The notes under the pieces were generated by a model. The model searched no databases and was not told the DNA's origin. It was given only the letters and a program-made list of their open reading frames with translations. A stretch of 60,778 nucleotides of DNA, filler included, from Circinaria calcarea (taxonomy: Eukaryota), in the NCBI GenBank assembly GCA_051942165.1. It is 9 parts of 9 records of this genome, joined end to end, with 100 filler letters (N's around TTAATTAATTAA, not from the genome) between each part and the next. Parts side by side here need not be neighbours in the genome. Positions count along the whole stretch, not along the records: positions 6,776 to 13,449 come from JAVECS010001520.1; positions 13,550 to 20,220 come from JAVECS010001521.1; positions 20,321 to 26,990 come from JAVECS010001522.1; 6 more parts are not named here. One strand, written 5' to 3'. Position 1 is the first letter of the stretch, and each line of letters starts with the position of its first letter. This document shows, in pieces, positions 12,609-25,913 of this stretch. The translations under genes were made by a program, and so were the position numbers.

Positions 12609-15292
12609 GAAGCCAAATCTGTAATATAAATTTGCGAGGGGCTTTATTGTGGCATGGAGATTTGGAGCTCGACCTTTCTCCGCCCCATCAACAACAGATC
12701 AGGCTTTGGGTATCCTAAAACGGACTCTGGATTTCAGTCGCATCTATGGATGAATGGGATGGAATTTTTTTGCTAATCACGTTCACCTTCATGGTCGTCT
12801 AGTGTATCCGAACACGACTAACGTTGGCCACTGAAACTACGACCGTTTTGGTAAAATGGATTTGAAATCCAAGGACCTGTGGGAAAAGAAAGGGATTTGT
12901 GCAAAACTGGGCCTGGAAAATAGCTTGTGGAATGAGCGCACATGGAGACAGTTTGCGGAACCGTCTTATCACGGAGGTATCCGGCATGGTGCAGGGCCAG
13001 GATTGTCCAGCCCCTGGAAAAGAGATTTAGAAAGCAGCTAGGATGAAAAAAGGCCAGACTCCTACTGAGTTTACCTCGCTCGGGATATTGTCTAGCTATT
13101 AAAATATCCTATCTTCACCGGCCAGCGACGCCGATTGGGGCAAATATCAACCCAAGACAGGCTTCCATAACGAATTCAAATGAAATCTTGCTCGATATTC
13201 TCATAACAACGGGGTGCATTCTCTCAAGCCCGCTTGCGCTTTTGCTCTTCACTTGTTCTATTTCTCCTTTCCACATACAACGGGGTGATTTTGACAAAAA
13301 AGTTGTATGCAATGATTCAAAGTTTGTAGCGTCGAGTAGAATCGGGTCCGTCCCAATCAATCCCCTCTGACGTGTACGCTTGTAGTGTAGATGCGTGCTG
13401 TTGGAATTTAGAAGAGTGAAGGGGGTTAGGGGTGGGTTAGATTAGGGGCNNNNNNNNNNNNNNNNNNNNNNNNNNNNNNNNNNNNNNNNNNNNTTAATTA
13501 ATTAANNNNNNNNNNNNNNNNNNNNNNNNNNNNNNNNNNNNNNNNNNNNATCTCATACTCATACTCCCTCCACATCATATTCTATCATTTCCATCCCTTC
13601 CACCTCTTCCGTCTTTTCCTTTCTTTTTTTTAAAAAAAGAACAAACAAACAAACAAACATACTCCCTCCCTCCCTCCTTCACAAAACCCAAAACCCAACC
13701 AACTATCCAAAAAAAATCCAAAATACATATTTTTTAATACAAAAATTAGGCCTCGGGTTTTTTGGGATCGGATCGATATGGTAGGCCCCCCCCCCCGGAT
13801 TTACGAAAGTTTTTATACAGAGTTATGCATATGCATAAACAGCGGACATGGGCATAGGTTATTCGTCAAGTCTGTTTCAAGGAGTCTTTCAGAAGTGAGC
13901 GGAGTGTCTTCAGAAAGGAGAAAAGTGTTCAAGGGAGAAAAGTGTCCAGAGAAAAAGGGACACCGAACATCTAATGGAGAACAAGTTGTATAGAAAAAAG
14001 GGAAGGGGAGCGGGAGTTGTTCCTGTAGAGCCAAAGCTTTCCAAATAAATAGTGCAAGCCGGATGCAGTGTGCGGCTTGGGCAGTTCCAATGGTTGCAGT
14101 GCCGGCTTACCCGCAACTGTACTGTACTGTACTGTTACTGTACTGCCGGTGTAGAAGGTTTTGCAGTGACGGTTGCAGCCTTTTTACACAGCCTCAAAAG
14201 GCTGTAAACCAATGCCCCGTCCCCCTTTTACTCCTGGAATTTTAAATAGCCGATGACCGAGGCTATTACCCTTGCTTAGCGAGATTAGCTGGACCGTCAG
14301 TGCTCACTGGCACTGCAGTGCAAGGCACCTGCACTGCACCGGCTGCACTATTGAGAAGCCTTGCTAGAGAGAAGAGTGTCGTATTTTATTAAAGAGCCTA
14401 GCAATCTGCACACTAAACATCGGTAAATGCTCGAATACGAGTATTGTAATGCTAGAAAGCGCTAGGCACAAAGGAAAAAAAAATCAAAGACGGCAGGCAT
14501 AGCAGCTAACCACCCCGGAAGCCGCCCATCATCAATATCCCTCGAGAACCAAGCCATCGTGTCCTTCAAATCGGTGTCATCAGCAAACCGGGAGACTATG
14601 CCTCCCTTTAGCAACCGAAGCCAACCAATCATAAGTCAAAGATGCCGTCCCGTCCCCCTTTGTTAAACAATTTGATCCTCTTCTCCAATCGCCGCATTTC
14701 ACATTCTTCCCACTTGCTGCCATGCCATGCCATAGAATGAAAACTGCCAGAAGTACCCCGTGCTGAATGAAAGGAAACGTGCTGTTGATGGGAAAAGGGG
14801 ATCGTGGATGAGGTGAAGGACAATTAATGCTAAAAGGGTTGGAAACTGTAGCTTGACATGCAAGGAAGCCGTCATTGGCAGTGACAATTCCAGGCGGTTG
14901 CAATGAAATCCCACGCTCTCGATGCCCAAACTCGGTTTCGTAAGTGAGCAGGATCCAATGAGTCGGAAGCGCACATCTTGTCCACAAAGGCTATGGTGAA
15001 GTCGTCGATGAGGAAGGTCATTAACGAGCTCATCGCAAGTTGACGAGGCATCATCATGAAAACCGCAGGGACGAAGGGACGGAAACCGAACCGAAAGAGA
15101 GGAAATAGAGAGCAAGCCGAAAACATGTCATGCGAGTTCCACGAGGAGATGGCCTTGGATGCCCTTTCAGTACCGGAGGCATTTGTGGAAAATCAGACCC
15201 CCTGACAGACACGCCTGCCGTAAAAGTCAAATGATGATTTTCCAATCAGTCATCCAAAGACGACTAGTCAGCACACCATCACGTTAGCGCTA

Positions 15293-17079
15293 TCAATACC
15301 ATTGTCCGCCAGATCCAGTCTGATCCTCGCGTTTGACGCGATAGGTGCCATTGCCAGAACCAGAGTAACCAGCACCGGCAGCACCTTTAGAAGCGGATCG
15401 GAGCCTATCGTCGAAGACTATAGTATTAGTCAGAATTCATTCCTACTGCCCTCCACGTCCAGCGTTCAACAGCAATCAAACACCAAACGCAGAGGAGAAG
15501 AGTTCCTTACAAGGAACCGAGGCTTGGCAAGAAACTCACATCCTATCGCTGCCGCCCACGGCACGGTTGGTGTCCGGGGTTTCGACGCCTGCTGCACCAC
15601 TGGCTCCACGCTCCACGACTTTGCGACGCTGGCTAGAGATTGCACCTGGCTTACTGGCAGTGGAGGCGCCCTGAGGGGTGGGAAGACCGGCCGTAGCGAC
15701 GTTGGTAGCTGTCGCGTGACGACGAGCTGGTTTCTCTTCTTCTTCCTGGTTAGTAGCCTGGTTTCCGGAAGCCTGAGCGATAGCTTGAGCATTCTTCTGG
15801 TACTTGTAGACAGTCCAATCGAAGACATAATCATATTGGAATCCCTCACGGACAAACAGATCACGGAAAATCTTGCGGAGGTAGGAATAGTCTGGTTTGT
15901 CATCAAAGCGAAGGGATCGCGTATAGTTGAGGTAGATGGCAAACTCGTTGGGGAATCCACGGCAGAGGACCTCGGTCGGTGTTGTCATCTTTTTCTCCAT
16001 GATACGATCGTATTTCTGCTTCTTGGTAGCCGCTTTTAGGCCCTGCCATGGAAGAGAGCCACGGCAAAAATAGAGCATGACATATCCAAGGGACTCCATG
16101 TCATCACGACGGGATTGCTCTATTGACGAATTAGCATCAAAGGGAAACGGATATGCTATGGTGTATACGTACCAACGCCCAAGTGAGTGTTGATACTAGC
16201 ATAACGAGCAGTACCGGTCAAGTTCTTGTTCTCACGATATGGGATATGGAAATGGGTCTTGGGGTCTCGGTATTTCTTGGCCAGCCCAAAATCAATCACG
16301 TTGACTTGATTGCCACGCTTGCCAATGCCCATCAAGAAATTGTCAGGCTTGATGTCACGGTGGATGAACGACTTGGCATGAATGTATTCGATACGGGAGA
16401 TGAGCTGGTCGGCCAACAGGAGCACGGTCTTCAAGGAGAATTTGCGGTTGCAAAAGTTGAAAAGGTCCTCAAGACTGGGGCCGAGGAGATCGAGAACCAT
16501 GGCGTTGTAGTCACATTCAGTACCAAACCAACGGACAAACGGGATGCCCACACCTCCAGCGAGCGATTTGTAAACACGCGCTTCATACTCGAGTTGAGGG
16601 TGCTTGGCTTTGACACTCTCAAGCTTGATGGCAATCTCCTCGCCGGAGATGATATTGGTGCCTGGAAGATGGTTAGTACCAAGGCTGTCAACTGTCATAT
16701 TCATGCCCCATACCAAGGTAGATATCACCAAAGCTACCACTGCCAATCTTACGACCGATACGGTATTTGTTCCCCACACGGAGATCCTAGAACATGCAGG
16801 TCAGCAACGCTACTAAGAGAACCGCTTGTGGCAGAACAGTCGATTGACCGATGCCTATCTAAGCCGACTTAATCTATAGAGTCTTGAAACAGGTAAGGTA
16901 GAAGATGTGTAGGAGGCTACAGTGTATGGGGTTTCTTGTACGTCTACCTCCATGGCAGCGTGAACTAATCCCAACGTAGGTTGGACACTGCAATCGTGGG
17001 CAGAGATAGGGAAAGGGAATCAAAGACCAATAGGGTTGGGCTTTGAGGCTGAAGCAGTTGCACCCACCATTGTGGTCAT
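15293..17079 (-). CDS. HRR25: Casein kinase I (Hrr25/Hhp1/CkiA/CK1a type), multi-exon; first exon MTTM at 17068-17079
   Basis: [86 protein letters not shown]; terminal exon ...MLRSASK...QWY-TGA. Confidence 0.97.
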
Positions 17080-19001
17080 CGTTACGTTTTATGACTGCCT
17101 GCCCAGGTCACCTGTTCTTTCGCGTTGGATGTTCCGGGCGATGGTCTTTCCAGAGCGTTGGAAGAAGTGTACGACTCTTGCAGCAGTAGAGAACGAGTGT
17201 TGATGAGGGTCGATGAAGGACTTGCTTCACTGCAGATGTGAAGCAAGCGAGGTGAGTTGGCGGGGGAGGTGCAGCCTAGTGGGAGGTGTCAGTTTGGGGC
17301 CAAGGACCTTTTAAGCCTTTCAAGAGGCGGTGAAGGTGGCAGAGCAGGATTGGAGAGGGTGAAGGGAAGATGGTAGGAGGGATGACAAACAAGCGGCGGG
17401 AAATGCAGAGATGTAGAGTGCAGGACGACTGACGATGTCTTCTCGACCAGATGATCAAACGACTTGACTGGGTGTTGCACGAGCTGATGATGGGCTTAAC
17501 GAGCTTTCAACCGAATGTCCGACCGAAAGTGTAAGGCTCCCGACCACTTCTCGTCAGCTGAGCCGGACTTTTGCGTGTTGATCAAGGTCTGATGCCTGAC
17601 AGAAGAAGGACTCCTGCTGCCGACGAAGATATCCCCACCGATGAACTCAACCACGACGGTGAAGGAGGGGGAGGAGACTGAGGTGGAGGAGAGGGAGTAA
17701 GAGTAGTAAGTCGAGAGAGGCTGCTTAGAGCACGAGTGTCCGGGTTTGTGTGTGTGGAGAGAGAGAGGGAGACTAATCGCTCTGGGCGGATGGGTAATGG
17801 GCGAAATTTGCTGCCGACTCCCACTAGGACCAACTAAACGAGCTTACCGTACGCCGAAGCCGCCTTCTGTGCTGGACGCCAAGCCCTCGCCGGTTCCGCA
17901 TCGGGCAAGGTAAGGCGAATTGGGGACTAGAGACTACTCCCAAAATAGATTGAGATTTACTTCCGTACGATGAGATTTGAATGCCGCGATGTGAGGGACT
18001 TTTTTTTTGCTTTCTATCCTACGACGTAAAGATCCATCATCCCCCCGATGCTTTCAAAGAGGATGAGTGATACGACATCTCCCACTCTCTGCTGCGGCTG
18101 CCACCCAAAACCCCTCCGAGCTCTAAAAGATCTGATACCGAGTAACTGTCCGACTTCACCATGATTGACCCACGGTAGCAACGGTACAATGTATCCCATT
18201 TTCCACCACCCGCACATACACTTCCCCTCCTCCTCTCCCCAAACATTTCCCATTATGTCACCAGAAAACCCCCGCCAAGATGATTGCTCCCACATGTCCG
18301 CATCTGGAACGAATACAAAACATTCACCGCTCTACCCTCACCCTATCGAATTACTCCCCCCTCCCCATGCACAACCTCTTGACTCCTGACCACCCGGGAA
18401 CCCGTTGAGCCCCGATCCAAGTCGTTCTAGAAGCTTTTCTTGCTGCCGATCCCTTCCCCCAACTTCTTCCACCCCCGGTCGAATCGGCGCATCTCCACAT
18501 TGTCGACTTCCGTCCTTCTATTAGTGGCGTGACGGGCAGGCCGTCCGAGCCTGTCGCTCTTCCGTGGCGCCAAAAGTCGCCATCTCAATACGAGTGTTTC
18601 CCGGTAGACGTTCCAGTTCGGTAAAAGTTGGATGGAAAACAGATCGTTGAATGATGAATACCGAGGAGGATAGCCGATCCTCGACCCTCGTCGTGAATAC
18701 AGAGCCATTCCCTCCTGCGCACTCTCTAACCCCAAACCCTCGCCATCAAGATACTCTGCCGCCCCTTATATCTAGTGTATGAAGTAGAGTACACATATAT
18801 GCTATTGGAAAGTAAGAAAAATAGAACTAGCACAACACAATAACCCCCTTTGACACTTACCCAAAGTGGGAAACCACCGTTCAACTCCTCCAAAAAAGTG
18901 AAAACAGCGATACAGCGGTAAACCGTCACACCCTGAGTTACAGTCGTGATCGTTACCAGTCTCGTCGTCCCCCAGATCATTCGCTTCCCTCACCATCGCC
19001 T

Positions 19002-20220
19002 TCAGATGACGTTCAAGGGAGACTCGTCGCCGTGCTTCCTGAATGGACTGGCCAACCCTCCTCGTGCGCGCTCTTTTTCCATCTCTCCCCCGCGAGGACT
19101 CGCGACTCGACCATTCGGAAGACCCCCGGTCGGGCTGTGCACCGGGCTTCTGCTATTTTCCTTGTCGCGTTCCTCTGCGTCCAGCCTCCTCCGCCAGCTA
19201 GCCAGGCTGTCGCTCAGTTCAACACCGGTGGCCGTGGTCGGCGTCCTCTCGAAATCAAACTGGCTACTCAGGCGATAGGTCCGATGTGTACCTTCCCATT
19301 GTGTTCGTAAAGTCTCGAGTTCGGATGCGAGGCTATCAAGCGCAACGCTGTTGCGGTCGTCGGGAGCAGTGGTATTGAAGGCCGAATCCGCACCTATGCT
19401 ATTGTTATGCGAATGACTGCTGAGGTTAATGTTCGAATTCGAGCTGGCATTCCGCGTGTGATTGTACCCGCTGGGCTGCGTCAACTGTGACTGTCTTCTG
19501 TAGTGATCCACGGACGACTCGACCTGGTCGAGTAACAAAGACACCTTATGCTCCGCATCTGCTGCTCGTGTTTCTAGACGTGCGTTTTCATTCCGTAGTT
19601 GATTGAGATCCGACTGAGCTCTCTCGTGGACTTGACTCAACTGCTGCTGAGCTTGCACATTGACAGCACGGTAGTGATCGCGTTCCTCTTGTACAACGCG
19701 AAGCTCGGAACGAACCTCTTCCATTTGACTCTCGAGCTGAGAAACAGATCCCTTGACGCTCTCTTGCATTTCCTCAATTTCGCGTCTTAGTAATTGTCGT
19801 TCATTCTCCCAATCCGCAGGTGCCTCTGCATCAATGGATCGAGCGGAATGCATCCGCTGAGTATCTTCCATCTCAGACTGCAAGCGAGCGTTATGATCTT
19901 TGTATTTCGCAAGTTCGTCTTTCATAAGTTTGAGCATCTTTTCTGTGCCTTTAACATAGTGTACCGCAGATTGATAGTCTTGCTCCAGCTGTTCCAGCTT
20001 TTCCCGATAGGCTCTATCGGCCTCCTGTTCTCTGGCTTCAAAAGCTGCTCTATTCTCTTCGTATGCTTTTTGGCTTTCAATCAGTTGCAGCTCGAGGTTG
20101 TGAACATGATCTCTATCTGGACTTTCATGGCGTTCTCCTGGACTGTCAAAGGTTTGCGACCTGTCGTGCCCAGGACCACTCGAGGGTCTCTCATCAAGCA
20201 GTTCTTTCAAAGCTGTATAC
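19002..20220 (-). CDS. teaA: C-terminal coiled-coil part of a Tea1/TeaA/Kel1 kelch-repeat cell-end marker (5' part beyond contig)
   Basis: Long coiled coil with LEQDYQSAVHYVKGTEKMLKLMKDEL, AEHKVSLLLDQVESSVDHYRRQS, ALDSLASELETLRTQWE, LSDSLASWRRRLD, matching my recollection of Pezizomycotina TeaA tails; kelch repeats are not in the window. Confidence 0.7.
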
Positions 20221-20588
20221 NNNNNNNNNNNNNNNNNNNNNNNNNNNNNNNNNNNNNNNNNNNNTTAATTAATTAANNNNNNNNNNNNNNNNNNNNNNNN
20301 NNNNNNNNNNNNNNNNNNNNGGCGGCTGGGCATGAGAATGGGACCGCTGCTGCTGCTGCTTCGGCTGAAGCAGTCAAAGAACAGGGCAAAGGCGATACGA
20401 TGGGGCGGGCGGAGAGGGCGGCGGGGAGGAGGAGGAGTATGATCATTTGAAAGTCGGATCGGGAGGTTTTTGGCATGAAAAATCCGCGTTGAGGATTGGA
20501 TTGGATCGGTTTGGATCGGGATGGCATAGGCATAGGATTTGGATTGTGGACACAGGATAGCGAAAGTGTAGTGTAGGACGAAAGTAGA

Positions 20589-20662
20589 TGGCTTTGGCTT
20601 TGGCTTTGGCTTTGGCTTTGGCTTTGGCTTTGGCTTTGGCTTTGGCTTTAGCTTTAGCTTTG
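20589..20662. repeat. (TGGCTT)n hexanucleotide microsatellite, about 12 units, last units degenerate to TAGCTT
   Basis: Directly visible tandem repeat. Confidence 0.95.
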
Positions 20663-23600
20663 ACCAATGGGTTGGGTTGGGTTAGGTGGGGGTTGGGGGA
20701 ATGCAACTTTTGGTTTTTGATCTCCCGATCTCTCTCCGTTTGCGCTTGAGATGGGGACAGGCTTGGTTGGTGATAAGTGAGGTAAATTTTGCGTAGAACT
20801 AAAGGATCTAAAATAAAGGTATCTAGATATCTAGGCAAGAAGCAAGCAAGACAACTTTTTTGATGGTCGCTCGCTCGGCTATCTATCTCTAATGTGGGGA
20901 GATTTGCTAATTATGTTTCGAATGCTGCTGTTCCATTTGTCAAGTTCTGACAATTTGCCCCTCATACAAACTACGAAGCTTTAACTGGATCGAAAAGCAG
21001 ACAGCCATATCATGAAGCGTGATAGATAGGACAGACTTCCCCCCCGGTTGACTAACAGAAGGAATCCGACATGATAACCAGCAATTTAGAAGTCTTGGCC
21101 TACACCTTACCCCGTTGTTGCTTGGCAGGAACGGCAAACTGGAAAGTTAATGTAGCGTAAGCGGGAAAGGATTGCAGTTCTGAACTAGGATAAAAGGGTT
21201 AGAAGGGATGCGGATTGGGGAATGCAGTACCTGATCCCTTTCGGGTACTGTACTCCAGGACCTGCCAAGCTGCAGGGAACGAATCAGGTCAGCTCGTGCG
21301 ACCGGTAGTGGAGGACGTGTTTACGAACGGATGATTGTAAAGGACGGTCTCATGGACGGGGGAGACGATGAGGTCCCTGATTACCTTGATGTTGCATTCG
21401 GCGAGGCCTGAAGCCTGAGTGTCTGGAGCCTCGAGAGATGACTGGCGACCATCACTTACTATAACGCGTTAGTACGAGTACTCTAATATACTTTTGGTCC
21501 GCAGGTGATTGGCAGTCTTGAGCTTGCCGTCAGTGGGATCGGAAGGTTTGATGCTGGTAAAGCCAAAGTATAATAGCGGCAGTAACGACGCACTTGCTTT
21601 AAGGTATGAGGCATATAATTGCCTTGCACTGACGTAACACCGGATGCGTGTGCGTTTGAGGTTTGGTATTTCAAGGGATCCACGTATTTAGAGCTAGACT
21701 TGTAGATTGTGAGTGATGCATGGAGTGGATACCCACCGAGTAGCTCAGTGGAAAGCCGCCAGCCGGAATTTCGACCTTGGGATCAGTGAACGATTGCTGG
21801 CATACTTACCTGCAATGCAACGCTGAACTTTCATACTCTCGAGCAATGATGCTATCCGGCACATCCGCCACTGCACATGATATTGCATCACAATGCCAGA
21901 AGATCGGAACAACCGTCGATCGGCCCGGTCCGTTTTCGATGCTTGGTTCACAGCTTCTCTTCCTTCGATCGTATACGATGGCGGTTATCAGGCAGGCGAG
22001 GACTGCAAAATCGGAGCCAACGGGTCAGAGGCAGTTGTACTACTATGAGTGGTGTAACATAGCTTTCGCTCGAAGTATACGATCACTGGCGCGAGTAACG
22101 GATTGGCCTTTGAGGAATGGCGAGGGAATTCCGAACCTCAATGCAGGCTGTTAACTCGCGCCTGCGTGAAACGTTGACGACGGGATGCAAGACTTGAGAT
22201 GCAGAGTCGGAATGCGCAACAGTGCAAAGTCTCGAGACGGGAAAACAACCAATCGGGAGACCTAAAGGCTGACCGTGTCCTCGGTTCCATGCATCCAACG
22301 TGTCCATGTGTTCATCGAACAAGCGGAGGAGCAGATGCAGCCTCGGGAAGAACCGGCTCGACCGTACAGGAAGATCTTCTGCAGTCGAAGACCTTCCTCT
22401 GAAAAGAAAAGATAAGAAACATGAGGCTCGAATGATGCAAGAGAAAGTATGCAGACGCATGCGAAGAAAAGTGGCTGGTTATAGGTAGGCGCTGGGGTTG
22501 GGCCATCCACATACAAGTACTCAGGTGAGAAGAATGAAACAGTCTTGCATTGCAGATTCCGCACCAGGTGAGTGGGTGTGCTTGTCGGATGGTAGAGATG
22601 CTGCAGAAGATACGGATCTGGCGTGATTGCTCAAGGATTAGAATGAGTACCACACAAGAGTTGGGTGTGGATAACTGAAATTGGGGGATGTTGAATGAAG
22701 TGGGTGCGGCGGGGAAAACTCCATTGCATCCGCATCCGAACCAGGCCTGCAGGCAAGTGATTCCATCCCACACTTTCGCTCTCGCCCATGCCTCACCCAC
22801 AACATGGACCGCGTAGCCTCAAATCTTGGCATAGGAAAGCCTTCCAGTAGCCCACCACCATAAAAAGAAACAAAGTACAGAGTACGTAGTTGGTACGGAT
22901 TAGACTCGAGAGGAAATTCCCTCTTCCATGCATCTGCATCGCGCATCGAACATCGCCAATCTTCCGAGATCCTTCCGCTAGTCTTTCCGTCGCTGAGATC
23001 TCAGATTGGAGTCTGGGTCCGTCGTTTCAACGCATCTCAATCGGCCACGGTAGATAAGGTACTTGGTACCTACGCGAGAACATCCCACACCGCGTAAGCA
23101 ACCCCTTCGGCACTTGTAGTCTCTCCATCAACCGTGGTTGACTCGGATCCACGAATCCTGTTAAGCCCCCTTCGACCCACGCCCGAATAATGTCGGTGCG
23201 CGACATCCGAACCCTTGTCGAGTACGGAGTATTCTCAATCAAGAAGAGCGAGTGGTATACATGGTCCATCGGAGCATTCCCAAAACCTCATCTCGCGACT
23301 AGTCCCCCCAACTCCGGGTGGTATGGGATGTTTAGGTGTCCATCATATTACAAAGTCAGCTTGATCGGGAGAGAAGGGAGCGAGTGGGTGAAGATCGATG
23401 ACAAGCTCATGCAGGGGAGCGATGGTCCGGATCTGGGATAGGACGGAGTACTCTAGTAAATTATACCGCGTAGCTTGAGTCAGCTTACTAGGACTTCGGA
23501 GCCATCTCCTACGGATGAGAGATCGACTCTCTTTTCGGATTCCTCGATACCAGGTAACGAGAAGGATCGGATAGCTAGACGAGGCCGGGGTGCAGAAATC

Positions 23601-25913
23601 GCTGCCGATGAAAAGACAATCGGTGTATGAGGGGTGCTCCGTTCCCGCTACCTATTGATCGAGTCTTTGGAGCGGGAACTTATGTTCGAAGCCTTTTTTG
23701 GTTTGACGAGCTATGATTTCTGTGTGAGTGCCTTTCCAGTACTATACCGTTATCCTCGGCAACGACTTTTGCTCACCCGCCTCGAAAACCCTGACGACAT
23801 TCCTCACAGGGAAAACCGAAAACAAAAGCGGAATCTCAAAAACTCCCCCGTCTCATTCCCAGAAGCCTCAAAGGCCCACTAGCCTCTTCCCCCCCCCCAA
23901 GCCGCTCCTTCCCAATATAACGGGATCGATCGTATCCTCGTTGACACCCCGGCCTCCACCAGATCTCGCGCTAGTCCTTAGTCCTCGATCGAGATCCTCG
24001 AGGTCCTTGAGGCTGAAGGAGCGGAAAGGCGAGGGGCCGTGCTGATGTTCGACCTCTCCAGAGAAAAGAGAATTGTGGCAGAACGTCCCTCCCGGAAAGG
24101 GTGGATGCCAGCGGCAACTAGCTGGTCATCATGATTGGACTAGATATCCTCCGTACGATAAACCTCTCCTTTCGTGAGGTGGGACAGTAAGTAGAGTCTG
24201 ACGGACTAGCGCCGTGGCGGTAAGCCGCCCTCTCTTGCTCCAAGGCCGCTTGGGAGTCGTGAGGTTCAAAGTATAAAATCCGACCGACCCGAATACGAGC
24301 AGTACCGAACCTCACGACCCATGTGTTCGCCCGGCTTCCAGGTTCTTCAATTGTCCCAAGACCTTGCTAGCTCATCTTTTTATTCTCCTAGAGTGCAGCC
24401 GTGCCTTTTGCGCACGATGAGTTCCCCTTGAGAAACATCCCTTAGGACCTATGATCTCACACTTCCTTGCGTTCGACTGGGACTGGGTCTGGACACTAGA
24501 CCATGTGTTCCGAGATTAACTTTCTGGACGGCGGCTATTTGAGATCAGATTGGTTTTCCTCTTCGGACCCGTGGATTTCACCCTTTTCGTAGTGCCCGAT
24601 AAGACGGTAGAATTAGCCCTTGATTCGATTTGGTAAGACCCTTCGATTGCTACCGGTGGGCCAATACGGCGCAAGGATTTTTTCTCTGCTGTGGGATGGG
24701 ATGCCATGGGACTTGGTTGAAAGAACCTCGGTATGGTTAGGGGGGGGGGCCACGATGTTAGCGCAGTACGGAAGTAGTGATAATGACGGAGGAATCTCCG
24801 TATATCCCACACCGGAAAAAAAAAACAGGTTTGAGATTATAATATTACAAACATTTTCACTTGCCCTGTTCGAGGTATTTTTTTTCCCCGCGAGCCTTAG
24901 GTCCAAAAAGAAGGGTCTAAAAGGGTCTTGTCGCTCACAAGACCATCGAATACGTATACATGGTTTTGGGGGGGGCCTGACATGGGATTTTCCCCCCGGA
25001 GATAGCACCGGTCGCCACCGCACCCGCACGCAATAAGCACTTATGTTGAGAAATGATGGGGGACTGGTGGGTTACCAAATACGGATGTGGTCAGATGGAT
25101 ATTTTGAGTCTGTTCGAAGGAATACTGTCTCTGCGGAAGTGCCTCCGATGTACCTGTGATAGCCCTAGGGACGGTAACCGGTCACAAGGACCTAGTTGCT
25201 GTTTACGGGTTGTGACAGTTATTTGGCCAAACCCCCAATCCTTGACCGTTTGCACCCATTCGATTGAAGGGCTGAGCTAGGTGGATATTCTCCCTTAGAT
25301 AACGACTTCCAACTTTAATGATGTACATGATTTTCAATAGTAATCATGTGGCTGTAAACTACGGTGTGATAGGGGTATATGGTATTGATTCACGATGATG
25401 ACGAAAGCATCGCTTGGGATGCCTCCCTCGTACACAACTCCTGACCCTGCTCGCCCAGCTCACTACTCAGTCAGTCGTGTGCTGCGACGCCACTTTCACA
25501 ACGAAACCACTTAGTCACTCCACCGCTGCCATTCTTCGCCTTCGCCTTCGATCCCACCCAAACGCTCAGCCCATGTGGTATCATCTCTCCGTCGCCGTCG
25601 CAATGCAAAGTGTAGATTTGAGTAAAGTGCCCTGTCCCGCCCCTTTACGCTCAAGCAAAGAACCCTCCGTGATGCATTGAATATTGTCCCAACCCCATGA
25701 TAAATTTTGTAATGTGCGCCTGGGACTCCTGATGTACTTTTGGTGATACAAATAAAATATAGTGTGATGAAAGGGTGTTTGATACATGATGAATATGTAA
25801 ATAAGAGAGATACGGTCGAAAAAGTCCAAACGGAAGTCGGTCTGTGAGCCGGTTGCCATCGTGGCTCATCAAGTAGTTCCACGGTATGTATGCGATCAGC
25901 AACGACTCGGATC

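Noticed and set aside
15302..16872. Long + strand ORFs (245 aa and 239 aa)
   Set aside because: They are antisense shadows of the conserved CK1 coding exons.
20443..20838. ORF with an (AK)n repeat
   Set aside because: Translation of the TGGCTT microsatellite; non-ATG start and no other protein-like features.
21684..21698. GTATTTAGAGCTAGA resembling the Cas9 repeat/sgRNA scaffold start
   Set aside because: Single short imperfect match with no array or scaffold continuation, in fungal DNA.
21802..21812. ATACTTACCTG matching the U1 snRNA 5' end
   Set aside because: No U1 stem-loops or Sm site follow; it is simply the reverse complement of a splice donor consensus.
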